In this document: positions 8,701-18,152 of the stretch, piece by piece
Layout of the letters: every line of letters begins with the position of its first letter
Numbering within the stretch: the first letter of the stretch is position 1
Source: a virus
DNA: 42,966 bases
Virus record (IMG/VR): IMGVR_UViG_3300045988_093752
Reading direction: 5' to 3' (one strand)
Made by a program: the position numbers and the translations under genes
The notes under the pieces: model-generated
The model's input: only the letters and a program-made list of their open reading frames with translations
The model's database searches: none
Told to the model about the DNA's origin: nothing

Positions 8701-9576
8701 ATCGGTGTCGTAACTCCATATCTTAGCAATATACATATCATTATTGTGATTTGTGATTAATGTACTAGGAAACCTATCTCTGGCTTGTGGAGCTAACAAA
8801 TTGTTGCCGCCAACTTTGTACAGCACATTACCATTTGAGTCTTTAACCACTCGACCACTGATTGAATTTAACTGTAATCCGTTCCTACCGGTTGGCCTTA
8901 TCGCAGTATACAATTCAGTAATATCACTTGTTTTAGTGATTCCGTAAATATTATTAGGATATCTTAAGATCGTACTGCGTTTATCTGTTCCCATTCCTTG
9001 AGCACTATCTGAATGAGCACGATAAACATTCAATACAACTCTTTTCAATGAATAATCATCATTCAATTGAGTTACAAACTCTAATTCTGCGTCAAATACA
9101 TTTGCGATTGAATACAATCGAGCCAGAACTGTATCATCACCGGTCCATTCATGTGTGATTCGTTTATCTGATACTTCATTTTTGCCGATAACAAATGATT
9201 GTTCAAATCCAAACGCATTTACATATTCCGCAAATGACATAGCTCTAGGAGCTTTATATTCACCTACATATTCATTTGTCAATTCTAGGCAAAGACCATA
9301 GGCAGTGACTTTTGTTTCGTCACCGCCCTTTTCAACATTCATGATTGTTAAATAATATCCTTTGTTTTTTCTTATAAAGCTCAGTTTATTTCCTTCAACT
9401 AAAAAGGCTGCATCATTATGTGCAGTCAATGTAGTAAATTCAAATGTATACGATGAGCCTTTTAAATAAGTATGCAATGTTTCATCGAAGTAATGCATTG
9501 CGCTAGGCACAGTATTGTCTAGAAAAGCTAACACCTTATCGTAAGGAGTTAATACTGCTATTCTTATAAATTCCAT
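5791..9576 (-). CDS. Tail-associated (Tal / prophage tail endopeptidase-type) baseplate protein with long coiled coil and CBM-like module
   Basis: About 1260 aa after Dit. Likely start is ATG at 9576 (GGGAGG 10 nt upstream, TAATG coupling with the Dit stop). Ala/Gln-rich coiled coil at ~6720-7760; GGRNLL...KLEKGNKATDWTPAPED module at ~6300-6720. Confidence 0.75.
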   Translation of the reverse strand: MEFIRIAVLTPYDKVLAFLDNTVPSAMHYFDETLHTYLKGSSYTFEFTTLTAHNDAAFLVEGNKLSFIRKNKGYYLTIMNVEKGGDETKVTAYGLCLELTNEYVGEYKAPRAMSFAEYVNAFGFEQSFVIGKNEVSDKRITHEWTGDDTVLARLYSIANVFDAELEFVTQLNDDYSLKRVVLNVYRAHSDSAQGMGTDKRSTILRYPNNIYGITKTSDITELYTAIRPTGRNGLQLNSISGRVVKDSNGNVLYKVGGNNLLAPQARDRFPSTLITNHNNDMYIAKIWSYDTDNVEVLYGQALAELKKNCVPKVTYDVDAYIDADIGDTFTIEDAEYSPTLYLEARITEQEICFTDSEKCKTIFDNFEEKQSQISSALISEMNKMIELKKVYEGSIVSSNGVLFKNDSDSTKLTALVKDAGVDITSKYSITWFKDDEQISTSQTITVNASDFTEKAVYRFKAMSGEILKATAEVTVMRLQDGQNGTSAYVHIAYANSSDGRVDFSLTDSNRKFIGQYSDSKQYGSEDPTKYRWSAIKGEDGQSFVSAEEQFYYSTSQTELIGGEWFVGNVVYQSDKFLWKRWKCTYANPSEIKYTKAIFDNTWNEIDAKIGEIHTQVSVANTQSKEAVDKATQAQADATKANELANTANTQSSEAKQLAQEANTSTGNAQKQIDAIKGDINDSKQQIQDAVDKANANAGEIATVKETYATKVDLTTESKSIHAEVTTEIEEKVGELSTTVSQNYASKSDLTTLEGSMNTKFQQTADTISTQASSIERLQSDTTQAQLDITEATKKATQAQSTASQAITNAQSAQSLADEAKQKADSAQLNLDNANKELADAKANLESVTGRVDATESEITKAQTRLTNAETAVEKAQSDATKAQGNATTAISNAKTAQGVADDAKAKAEQAQKELAELTNKVSSNTTKIEQNANAIKLQATSITETSNKIDNLQIGGRNLLMQYIRAGGQITKIDDLSIKVGTGVDDTYFYLKAYQKLIKGEIYTISCDASNVPSGCNWSFGVTVQNATWQLYINKNGRCYATGTPNNDILPGTEFIIDDLTGRPSTASNIILSNFKLEKGNKATDWTPAPEDVDEAINTERTERQSAIETKANEITSKVSETYVSNSAFEHYQNTVSSQFTQTKSEFKWEISQNVSDAKNELNGQINSVNGRLDGLKQTTDNVNNYMSFNNDGLTLGKSDSAFKTKITNQEWSIQKNGAKVTYINDQTMYITDGQFTQSLKVGAFGFVPRANGSLDFKKVG

Positions 9577-11099
9577 TACAACCATGCCTCCCTAATTCTA
9601 GCTTTTATCGTTGGCTTTGATTCCGTCCAACTTGAACAAGTAAGCTTTACTTCCGTCTCACCTACTGGTGCTTTGAAATATTTAGTTCCCAACACCTCAT
9701 CTTGAGGTCTAGACATTCCATTTACATAAACATGAGATGATTCACCATCAATTGTAATCTTAGTGCCACTTGGATATCTATTAGGAATATCTCTCCATTT
9801 TGTTACGTTATTTTTGAAGAAGTTGATAACATTGAAACCTAACATATTCAACATCTGGTTGCCACTACGATTACCCCATTGTTTAAATGCAACTTGAATC
9901 TTAGCACACTCCATATCAGCAATTTCCGGAATGTAATAATTGTAGTATTTACCATAGTAGAAGAATCTGATGTTTCCACCCTCTTTTAACACATCGCAGT
10001 GCCCCCAGTTCCAGTACCAAGGATTTTGGCTGTTCAAATGTGATGATGTATATTTCCATTGCTTTAAAGTTTTGCCATTTGCCCATATGTCATAATGAGC
10101 GCTGTTACCAACCGCATCCGTCTTATGCCAGTTACAACCACAGATTAATTTATTATCTGCAGTTAAAAAGTTAATACACATTTCACCGGTTTGACCCATA
10201 AGACTTGCCCAAAGCAACACATGAAAGTAGCAATAAAAGTTCTTTGCACCTTTTTTACCAGTTGAATCTGCAGGAAGAACAAATGTTCTTAATCCACCAT
10301 TCGCATTTCCTTTTTTATTTCCAACAGTTCCAAAGCCAAGAAACTTTGTGTTAAACCATGTATGTTGAGCACAAGTACCATTAGCACCATACTGTGGATG
10401 CATATACTCAGTACCATTTACATCGTCCGGACAATTGAAAAAGTCATTAATGCTAGCTAGTTGTTCACTCTGTTGATATGTTTCAGAATCTAATTCTTCA
10501 ATCTTTCCGTACTGCATAACTCCTTCAGTTGATACGATACCAATATATCCAGTTTCAGATGTTGTCTGAACTTCATAATCAATACTTACCGGTACAGTTC
10601 CCTCATTTACAATATTTAATACTCCATCAGTATCGGTAAATTCTTTTTCAGTTGTTGAATACTTGCGTGGGTCAGAACAATAGATTTCGATTTCACCGAT
10701 CACGTTATTACTTCCGCCATCAACTTGTGTATTTGAAGTTTTTGTTCCAATAAAATACTTGTTACTTTCATCGTTAAAAATGACTTTTACTTGCTCACCA
10801 CTCAACAATTTATTCATCTTATTGTAAGCTTCTCGAAATTCTCTGCTTCCTCTAGCTCTCAACTGGTACCTAACAGTAATTGTTCTTGCAGGAGTTGTTT
10901 TATATCTGTAATAAGAACCATCCATTCCATCAATTTCAGTATGTGTTACTTCTGATTCCATCAACTCACGTCCTGTTACAGAAAGTGTACGATATCCATC
11001 TATTTCATTTTCTAAATATACACCATTATATGACATGGCTTCTGTCGGTAGGTTAGTACCGACGATGCCACTATTTACAGTATTTACGAACGCATACAT
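9576..11099 (-). CDS. Distal tail protein (Dit), enlarged 'evolved' form
   Basis: Position directly after the tape measure. N-terminus MYAFVNTVNSG...SYNGVYLENEIDGYRTLSVTGRE is typical of siphovirus Dit. 507 aa, longer than I recall for classical Dit proteins. Confidence 0.7.
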   Translation of the reverse strand: MYAFVNTVNSGIVGTNLPTEAMSYNGVYLENEIDGYRTLSVTGRELMESEVTHTEIDGMDGSYYRYKTTPARTITVRYQLRARGSREFREAYNKMNKLLSGEQVKVIFNDESNKYFIGTKTSNTQVDGGSNNVIGEIEIYCSDPRKYSTTEKEFTDTDGVLNIVNEGTVPVSIDYEVQTTSETGYIGIVSTEGVMQYGKIEELDSETYQQSEQLASINDFFNCPDDVNGTEYMHPQYGANGTCAQHTWFNTKFLGFGTVGNKKGNANGGLRTFVLPADSTGKKGAKNFYCYFHVLLWASLMGQTGEMCINFLTADNKLICGCNWHKTDAVGNSAHYDIWANGKTLKQWKYTSSHLNSQNPWYWNWGHCDVLKEGGNIRFFYYGKYYNYYIPEIADMECAKIQVAFKQWGNRSGNQMLNMLGFNVINFFKNNVTKWRDIPNRYPSGTKITIDGESSHVYVNGMSRPQDEVLGTKYFKAPVGETEVKLTCSSWTESKPTIKARIREAWL

Positions 11100-14000
11100 T
11101 ATCTGTTACCTCGCAATCTCTCATTGAATTTTGAATGTTTGTTAATCTCATTCTGATTTGCTCTGTATGTTGCACGTGCGAACTCTCTGTCATTGATATA
11201 AAGTGGTGCTTCAACAGTTAATTGAGCGTTGCTAGTGTAATCGTATTCTGCATTCATATCACTCACAACACCTCCAAAAGCCATTTTAGGAGTGTTCATC
11301 ATTGGAAGATATAATAATTCCTCCGCCGCTTTTTTTGCTTGAGGAACCATTCCTAGAATACCATTACAGAAGCCTTTTCCAATCCACATACCATCTTTTT
11401 TAGTAACTTTAGATGGAGAACCGATTTTAGCCTTTGCTTGGATTGCAGCATCTGCAGCTGCTGCTAAACTAGCGGCCGCTGCTCTAACAGAACCTTCACT
11501 AGCTCTTAAACCATTTGCCAATCCTTGACCAATCATACGACCACAGTATTCTGCTCGTGATTGACATGCATTGAATGCACTGATAATGCTATTGCATGAA
11601 GATCTTGCAACAGACACACCTTTTGAAAGTCCACCTTTTAAGCCACTCGTAAAGTTGGTTCCCATTGCAGTTCCTGAAGTAGTAGCTTTTGCCTCTGCAT
11701 TTGTTAATGCACTTGTAATCATTGACATACTGCTCACAACAACACTAGATGCACTTGTAAATGCTCCGCTGATTAATGATGCTACTGTAACGAGTGCCGC
11801 CATACTTGCAGATGTTGCCATTACTGAACTTGCTACAGGTGCAATAGCTCCTGCAAATGCAGTCATAGCTCCACTTGCAACTGTTAATGGTTCTGAAATT
11901 CCGCTTAATGAGCTTAAAGCATCTGATAATAATGGAATCGTCGCAGATAACGATTCGATACCTGCTTGCGTTGCAACAATCATTGTTAGCGCAGTTGCCA
12001 ATGTCATCATTTGAGCACCTACATCACCTAAACCGCTTGATGCGGTTGCAATGGCACCAACTCCTGTTGCTACTGCAGCTAAACTTGCACCTATATCAAA
12101 TAAATTCAAACTAGTAATGATTTGGATTCCTTTTGCTAATTCCTTGAATCCTTTACCTGCATTCAATGCCGATTGACCAATCGAATCAATCACACCTGCT
12201 AATGAATCTAAAATACCACTTACTGCATCACCAAATGATGTAATCACATCTGAAATTCCATCGAACACTGTTTTAATAACATCGCCAAACGATTGCAATG
12301 TATTACAAATTCCTTCAAAGGTTGTCTGAATCACAGGTCCCAATGCAGTTACGACTGTGCCAACACCTTCAAGGATCGCTTGCATTCCTTCTCCTTGAGA
12401 AGCAACCAACGCCATAGCAACACCAACTGCTAGAATTGCAACCGATAATGCCAACCATGTAGTTGGCGGTACTAATGCAATTGCAGTTCCTAAACCTGTA
12501 AATGCAGTTGCCAATCCTTGTCCGATTCCTTGTGCTACTGTACTGATTGCAGTACCGAATGATTCAATGACTGTACCGACCCCTTCCAAAGCCGATTTAA
12601 TGCCTTGCCCGATACCTTGAAATGCAGTACTAATAGCTTCTCCTAAACCTGTGATGATTCCCTTTACACCTTCACATACTGAAGAAATAACATTTGAAAT
12701 CCCTTCAAATGCGGATTTTATAATCTGTGCTGCTTTAGATGTTTTATATGCGGTTTTCATTGTGGTATCACCAATACCATCACTTGGAGTTTGATTTTGT
12801 GGTAATTGTCCAGGTATTTCTTGAGTTGGTTCTTTTCCTAAACCTTTGATTTTATCAATGATTGATTTTAGTTTTGAATATCCGCCTTTCGCAGAGCCAA
12901 CAACTCCACTAATTGTGCTAGAAACTTTGCTACCTACTTTGATACCAACAAATGCTCCTGCCAACAATTTAATTGCACCTGCAAACTTCTTAACATCTTC
13001 TGTTTTAAGATTTGCTATAAAATCTGCGATTTTTCCTGTTACTTCTGATACTTTAGATACAATATTTCCAATATCTTGACCTAACTGTTCAAAGACTTTA
13101 CTGTCTTGCAACTTATCCATTACATTTCCAATAGCATCTTTGATTTTATCGAACATCGTGATTGCGTTTTGTACTGCATCTGTTTTCATGAATCCGTCAT
13201 AGAATTGTTGGATCATAGCTTTAGCATTGTTTGCTCTGTCAGCCAACCAATCCATAGCCTTTGATACATTTTCCATGACTTCTGGTTTAAAGTCCCATGT
13301 CAAACCATCGTCCTTAGTTTCCATAATTGAATTTCTGAAATCATAGATTTTTGATTTAATCTTTTCTAGATTATCAACTAATCCACCCATAGCTTTCGAT
13401 TTCATCATATTGTCCATAGCCGACATAAAGCCTTGTTCAAGGTTCTGTACCGCACTCTTGATGTTAGTCATGGATGTTTTAACACCTTTAGAAGCTTCTA
13501 ATGCAGTTTCTGCAAATCCACCTGTTTCAGTATCACATTCAATCATTGCATCATTGAATTGGTCGAATGTAATCGTTCCATTCTTTAAGGCCTCATATAA
13601 TTCATTTGCATCTCCGCTCGCAATACCTAGTTTCTTAGATACTTTAGTCAATGCAGGTGCCATTGTTTCCTGCAGTGTTCGCCATGATTGCATATCTACT
13701 GACCCTTTAGCGAGCATCTGTGAATACTGTTGTAAGCCACGTGATGCATCTTCGGAACTAGATCCACTTGCTAAAAACGCATGGTTCAATGCGATTGTAG
13801 TATCAGTTGCCTTATCAATATTACCTGTAACGGCAGCCAACGACTTAGATGTTGTTACTACATCCGCCAAACTCGTTGGTAAGCCTTGTACTGATTGATT
13901 TAATTTCGCAACACTCCTTTGAGATTGCTCAACTGAGAATCCCAAAGACTTCATTACTTTTGGATAGGATTGCATGGTATCAAATCTTGTGATAGCACCA

Positions 14001-14182
14001 TCCATGGATGAGCTAAGAACGTTCATTGTTGCGCCAATAGCTTTTGTTATGCCGACACCTGCCACAATAGATTTAACTCTATCGCCAAATGATTCGCACG
14101 CTCCTAAAGCTTTTTTCATTGTAGACGTCATGTTTTTGTCGGTTGCCGACAATATAGCTTCAACGCTAAAACTTTCTGCCAT
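11099..14182 (-). CDS. Tape measure protein
   Basis: 1027 aa, largely helical with Gly/Ala-rich hydrophobic repeats. Located after the chaperone pair and before Dit. Confidence 0.85.
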   Translation of the reverse strand: MAESFSVEAILSATDKNMTSTMKKALGACESFGDRVKSIVAGVGITKAIGATMNVLSSSMDGAITRFDTMQSYPKVMKSLGFSVEQSQRSVAKLNQSVQGLPTSLADVVTTSKSLAAVTGNIDKATDTTIALNHAFLASGSSSEDASRGLQQYSQMLAKGSVDMQSWRTLQETMAPALTKVSKKLGIASGDANELYEALKNGTITFDQFNDAMIECDTETGGFAETALEASKGVKTSMTNIKSAVQNLEQGFMSAMDNMMKSKAMGGLVDNLEKIKSKIYDFRNSIMETKDDGLTWDFKPEVMENVSKAMDWLADRANNAKAMIQQFYDGFMKTDAVQNAITMFDKIKDAIGNVMDKLQDSKVFEQLGQDIGNIVSKVSEVTGKIADFIANLKTEDVKKFAGAIKLLAGAFVGIKVGSKVSSTISGVVGSAKGGYSKLKSIIDKIKGLGKEPTQEIPGQLPQNQTPSDGIGDTTMKTAYKTSKAAQIIKSAFEGISNVISSVCEGVKGIITGLGEAISTAFQGIGQGIKSALEGVGTVIESFGTAISTVAQGIGQGLATAFTGLGTAIALVPPTTWLALSVAILAVGVAMALVASQGEGMQAILEGVGTVVTALGPVIQTTFEGICNTLQSFGDVIKTVFDGISDVITSFGDAVSGILDSLAGVIDSIGQSALNAGKGFKELAKGIQIITSLNLFDIGASLAAVATGVGAIATASSGLGDVGAQMMTLATALTMIVATQAGIESLSATIPLLSDALSSLSGISEPLTVASGAMTAFAGAIAPVASSVMATSASMAALVTVASLISGAFTSASSVVVSSMSMITSALTNAEAKATTSGTAMGTNFTSGLKGGLSKGVSVARSSCNSIISAFNACQSRAEYCGRMIGQGLANGLRASEGSVRAAAASLAAAADAAIQAKAKIGSPSKVTKKDGMWIGKGFCNGILGMVPQAKKAAEELLYLPMMNTPKMAFGGVVSDMNAEYDYTSNAQLTVEAPLYINDREFARATYRANQNEINKHSKFNERLRGNR

Positions 14183-14184
14183 AG

Positions 14185-14918
14185 TTATCCCTCCTTTTCT
14201 GATTTTTCATTTATGAAACGTGCCAGGTCACTGAATTTTCCTGTTGTTTTCTTATTAACACCTAAAACTTTGTTAACTTCTTTTTCATAATCAAAGAACT
14301 TATTAAATTTCGTATAAACCATCTTTTGTTTCTTACCAACTCGTTTTTTAGCTCGTGCTTTCATATTCAAATATGCTTGTAAGTGCAGATAATACTGGTC
14401 ATCTACCATTTGTAGCTCTTTAGACTTCATTAAAAGACGATATTCATAAGGTGTAACATTATTAACTTGCTCAATGCTTTTGAAGCCTAGATAGCGAAAA
14501 CAACTGATCACAACACGTTCATACATTTCATTGAATGTTTCTTCTATTTCTTCGTCTCTGTTACCTGCGTGCTCAATAGTGGTTTCACTTCTTTTTTGCA
14601 TGCATTCGCTTGAGATAAAAAATTGATTACATCCTCAAAAACTTTGTCGATATCTTCAACATCTTCTAAATAGCTTTCTACCTGTGCTTTCTTTAATCTA
14701 GGTGATTGTCCGATATTCATATAGAAAATACAGTCTGCCAATGCATCAATATCGCCATCAATGATGCTTGCAACCATGTATTTCAATCCGACTTCTTTTT
14801 TTGTACCTGTATTCGGTACATCAATTGATAACTTTTTGTTTACTTCGTGTAAGAATCCAAACCCTGCTACTAGTTGGTAGATTTCTCCATTTACTTCAAT
14901 TTCCATGTATTTGCTCAT
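14185..14918 (-). CDS. Tail assembly chaperone G-T fusion made by -1 programmed frameshift
   Basis: ORFs 14544-14918 and 14185-14601 overlap, and the downstream frame is -1 relative to the upstream one. An A6 run (gcAAAAAAg) lies in the overlap. Canonical position between major tail and tape measure. Confidence 0.6.
14544..14918 (-). CDS. Tail assembly chaperone (G-like, unshifted product)
   Basis: 124 aa acidic protein immediately downstream of the major tail protein gene. Confidence 0.7.
   Translation of the reverse strand: MSKYMEIEVNGEIYQLVAGFGFLHEVNKKLSIDVPNTGTKKEVGLKYMVASIIDGDIDALADCIFYMNIGQSPRLKKAQVESYLEDVEDIDKVFEDVINFLSQANACKKEVKPLLSTQVTETKK
14592..14598 (-). other. Candidate -1 slippery sequence (AAAAAA in tgc-aaa-aaa-gaa)
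   Basis: Plus strand reads cttttttg. After a -1 slip the reading continues aga-agt-gaa, the frame of ORF 14185-14601. Confidence 0.5.
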
Positions 14919-14942
14919 TCAAAATCCTCGCTTTCTAAATAT

Positions 14943-14970
14943 GAAAATAAAAGGGGCTTTTCTGCCCCTG
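14943..14970 (-). terminator. Hairpin/terminator after the major tail gene
   Basis: Minus strand reads aggggc-agaaaa-gcccct followed by tttattttc. Confidence 0.55.
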
Positions 14971-14981
14971 TTCTATACATT

Positions 14982-15521
14982 TCATTCTTCTTTTTTAACA
15001 TCTTTATAAACATAAGATGCAACTTCCTGTTGTTCTTTAGTTACTGTTGCATATCCATCTGCACCATTTCCATTTGCACCGAATGTTAATTCGATTTCAA
15101 CTGAGCCTTCCGCACCTGAGGAGATAGAGCATTCTGTCAAATATCCTTGGTAATATTTAGATTTGAACTTGCCGGCATTTGTTTCAGTTCCTTCTTCTGC
15201 TAGGTTTACTTCCCAACATTCAACTAATTTGTCTTCCAACATAGCTTTTTCTAATTTGCCGATAATTGCATCACCTTTTGACAAAATAGATGTTGATGTG
15301 ATTTCAATTTCTGCCACTGATGGAGTACGAATACTTCCATCTTTTGTAGCAGTTGTATCTGCATCTTTAGAAATATTACGCTCGTTTTCTGTAGGGAAAG
15401 CAATTGCACTTGCATCTTCTTTTTTTGAATCTTCTGCGACTCTGAAAAGGTAAATTAATTGTTTACCTTGCACTGCTTCAACTACTGAATCTGCGAACAT
15501 TTGTAAATCGAACTTATTCAT
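14982..15521 (-). CDS. Major tail protein
   Basis: 179 aa, AGGAGG RBS, position after the connector genes. N-terminus MNKFDLQMFADS carries the LQMFA leader. Confidence 0.75.
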   Translation of the reverse strand: MNKFDLQMFADSVVEAVQGKQLIYLFRVAEDSKKEDASAIAFPTENERNISKDADTTATKDGSIRTPSVAEIEITSTSILSKGDAIIGKLEKAMLEDKLVECWEVNLAEEGTETNAGKFKSKYYQGYLTECSISSGAEGSVEIELTFGANGNGADGYATVTKEQQEVASYVYKDVKKEE

Positions 15522-15931
15522 TATTTCTTTCCTCCTGTAATTCTAAAATCCAACTCAAGAACTCCATGCATCAATGTTGTTCCTGTACTTGTATCTGACA
15601 ATATCCGTTGGTTGATATTGCTAATCTGAAAAGCAAAATTGCTTGTTCTGTTAATCTGTCGAGCTACATTTTTCACTATCATCATGATTTCCGACAATTC
15701 TCCACGTTTCCTTGGGTTGTTGTGCCAAACATCCACAACTTGCGTGATATTGCCTAAAACCATTGTTTTGTTTCCGTAATCATCGACTAGTTGACTTGAT
15801 CCTATGTATACAAACGGATAGGGTGTCCCTTCGTCCGGTAGACACGAGTCATAAACCTTAATTTTTTTGCTTTTCAATGTTTTTTCTAATTGCACTTTTA
15901 GCGCAATAAATAACTCCTGCTGTGAATCCAT
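15521..15931 (-). CDS. Tail completion / tail terminator-like protein (by position)
   Basis: 136 aa, translationally coupled (ATG overlaps the next gene), between the gp10-like protein and the major tail protein. Confidence 0.5.
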   Translation of the reverse strand: MDSQQELFIALKVQLEKTLKSKKIKVYDSCLPDEGTPYPFVYIGSSQLVDDYGNKTMVLGNITQVVDVWHNNPRKRGELSEIMMIVKNVARQINRTSNFAFQISNINQRILSDTSTGTTLMHGVLELDFRITGGKK

Positions 15932-15939
15932 TGCATCAC

Positions 15940-16287
15940 CTACTTACATAGCTTTTTCATATCGGATTTGAAGATTGGCACTTGTCGATGATATGCAGGG
16001 CCAACGAAAGGTTGCGCATCCATGAAACGTGTACCATGTTCAACATAAGGTGCATATTCTGTTGTCGGTCCTTCCGCATATTCAAAACCACCTTTGCGTA
16101 TTTCACCTCTGATACTTCTTTTGGTTGTCCCTGTGGAATATCCTTTTGTGAATACTGCATTTTTACCTGTGTTCCTTTGCATTTCAGTGCCATTTTGTTT
16201 AATTACTGTTTTCACATCATTAAGTGTGCAGTTTTCCTTTAACTTCTTCTGAAGCTTTTCCAATCCCTTTATTTCGATTTTTGCCAT
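15940..16287 (-). CDS. HK97 gp10-family head-tail joining protein
   Basis: MAKIEIKGLEKLQKKLKEN...YAPYVEHGT...PFVGPA resembles the gp10 family; position fits. Confidence 0.6.
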   Translation of the reverse strand: MAKIEIKGLEKLQKKLKENCTLNDVKTVIKQNGTEMQRNTGKNAVFTKGYSTGTTKRSIRGEIRKGGFEYAEGPTTEYAPYVEHGTRFMDAQPFVGPAYHRQVPIFKSDMKKLCK

Positions 16288-16589
16288 TAGTACACCTCCG
16301 ACAAAACAAAAGACTCCTTTGTTCGGAGTCTTCGTGAATAATCTGCTTTGTATTTTTTTGTACCGATTCTAATGAAATCAAAAGGCTTGTCATAGATGTT
16401 TTGAATATGGCAAGTCAAGCTACCTTGTCTAATTTGTCCGTATATTTGCATCATCGTTTGTGTTTGTGTATCCATTACAGATGCCATTACCATATCTTCT
16501 ACAATCGAATCATCATCATAATTGCCTGTTTGCTCATTGTAAGAACCTTGTACCATTCTTTGAAAATAAATAGGCTTGTCATACCTCAT
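16287..16589 (-). CDS. Head closure / head-tail adaptor protein
   Basis: 100 aa, coupled to its neighbours; order is connector, closure, gp10-like. Confidence 0.5.
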   Translation of the reverse strand: MRYDKPIYFQRMVQGSYNEQTGNYDDDSIVEDMVMASVMDTQTQTMMQIYGQIRQGSLTCHIQNIYDKPFDFIRIGTKKYKADYSRRLRTKESFVLSEVY

Positions 16590-16915
16590 AGAAATCTAAC
16601 CCTTCCTTTATTTTGATTGGCTTGCTCATCTCTCCAGGATTGAATCTCAGAAGAGAAAGAAGAGAAGTCATCATCATTAAATGACATTGACTCCCCTTCT
16701 ACTGAATGTGTTTGAACACCTTCAGAACCAATCCTATTAAAGCGTTTGATGGACACTTCAGTAATGATATATTCTAGTTCATCCGGTATGATTTTTACGC
16801 TTAGAAGCGCTTTAAGTCGACCTTCCGTAAGTCTTACAATGGTCTCTAGCTTTTCATCATCAGTTTGCAAGCCAAGAAGCAGTTTTACATCATTTAATAC
16901 GGTTGTTGTCGACAT
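16586..16915 (-). CDS. gp6-like head-tail connector protein
   Basis: VLNDVKLLLGLQTDDEKLETIVRL is typical of the Phage_connect_1 N-terminus. Directly follows the capsid gene. Confidence 0.6.
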   Translation of the reverse strand: MSTTTVLNDVKLLLGLQTDDEKLETIVRLTEGRLKALLSVKIIPDELEYIITEVSIKRFNRIGSEGVQTHSVEGESMSFNDDDFSSFSSEIQSWRDEQANQNKGRVRFL

Positions 16916-16925
16916 CTTTAATCAC

Positions 16926-18131
16926 CTATGCCTTTAAATCAACAACTACATCGCCTTTTGATACTGCTTTGTAGTTTCTGTCACATTCTACAACAGTGCA
17001 GTGATTAGATTCTGCTGCTTTGATATCTGCTCCTGCTTCGAAGTTCTTCCATGATTTAACATCTGTGCCATATGCCACTGTTTCTTCAGAAGCTCCTACC
17101 TTATATTTGAATTTGTTGTTCATAGATTGTAACTGTTCATCAACTGCTACCTTAGTAGTTCCTGTTTCTTCACCTTTAGAAGCTGTTAATGTTAAATTAC
17201 GCAATGTCTGAGTGTCAGAACCACCTACTGCAAAGTGTGCAATTGCATCTTGGTATTCACACATTAAACGTAATCCCATGATAGCGAACATATCAGAAAT
17301 AGCACGATCATAGTTTCCTTCTACATGGAATCCTAAGAAGCCAGTAGTACTGTCAGTAGTATATGAAAGTCCTGCTTTAACAAATTCAGAATCGCTTGGA
17401 TCTACGTAATATGCAATGATGTTGTTCATTGGAGTGGCTACTACTGTTTTTTCTGCTACTCGGTCTGTTAAGAATACAATATCTGCTCCTAAGAAGCTCT
17501 TAATGTATGTTAAACCGAATGCAGTCTGCATAGATACATTAGCTTCTCCTAAATAGCGGTAAGCATCCAATGTGTTGACGAATACAGCAATACCAGTAGT
17601 ATTTCGTTTCATCTTCTGGAATTTGTGTTTAACATTACCGATTGCCATCGCAATTGCCATTTGCCAAGTTGCTTCATGTCCTACTAAGCTACCTGAGTTC
17701 AACTGTTTATATAAGCGATCAGTGATGTTATCTTGCAAATCAATACGGAATTGTTCATCTGTATCAGATACTGCAGCTTCATATCCTTTCTCTGCAATTG
17801 CTTCAATTGGAACGGCTTTACGGAATTTCTCGATTTGAATTGTATCAAAAACTTCTTCTTCAACTTTATATTCGCTTAATGGAATTGATTCACCTTCTGC
17901 TACATGTCCATCTTTTAATGTTCCTGTTACTTTCTTTGTTTTTAAAACAGAACCATTTGCTTTACGGATTGGACGAATGATTCCTAATACATCCAATAAA
18001 GCCTGGATATTCTTTCCAAAACTAGTAACAAAATCAATTTCGTGTGCTCTAACTTGGATGTTGCCTGTTCCTGTTAATCCTTCAGGTGCTGCGAACATTT
18101 GCAAGTTCATACCTTTATAAATTTTTTTCAT
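16926..18131 (-). CDS. Major capsid protein
   Basis: 401 aa after the scaffold gene, AAGGAG RBS. N-terminal leader MKKIYKGMNLQMFAAPEG. Confidence 0.75.
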   Translation of the reverse strand: MKKIYKGMNLQMFAAPEGLTGTGNIQVRAHEIDFVTSFGKNIQALLDVLGIIRPIRKANGSVLKTKKVTGTLKDGHVAEGESIPLSEYKVEEEVFDTIQIEKFRKAVPIEAIAEKGYEAAVSDTDEQFRIDLQDNITDRLYKQLNSGSLVGHEATWQMAIAMAIGNVKHKFQKMKRNTTGIAVFVNTLDAYRYLGEANVSMQTAFGLTYIKSFLGADIVFLTDRVAEKTVVATPMNNIIAYYVDPSDSEFVKAGLSYTTDSTTGFLGFHVEGNYDRAISDMFAIMGLRLMCEYQDAIAHFAVGGSDTQTLRNLTLTASKGEETGTTKVAVDEQLQSMNNKFKYKVGASEETVAYGTDVKSWKNFEAGADIKAAESNHCTVVECDRNYKAVSKGDVVVDLKA

Positions 18132-18152
18132 ATGTTAGTTCTCCTTTTTCTA

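Noticed and set aside
11571-14216. Plus-strand ORFs of 77-162 aa inside the tape measure gene (11571-12014, 11875-12114, 12846-13079, 13410-13898, 13974-14216)
   Set aside because: They are antisense to a long, well-supported gene and have no RBS. Their low-complexity Ala/Ile/Pro/Thr composition mirrors the opposite-strand codons. The same reasoning applies to antisense ORFs in Tal, portal, MuF, capsid and scaffold.
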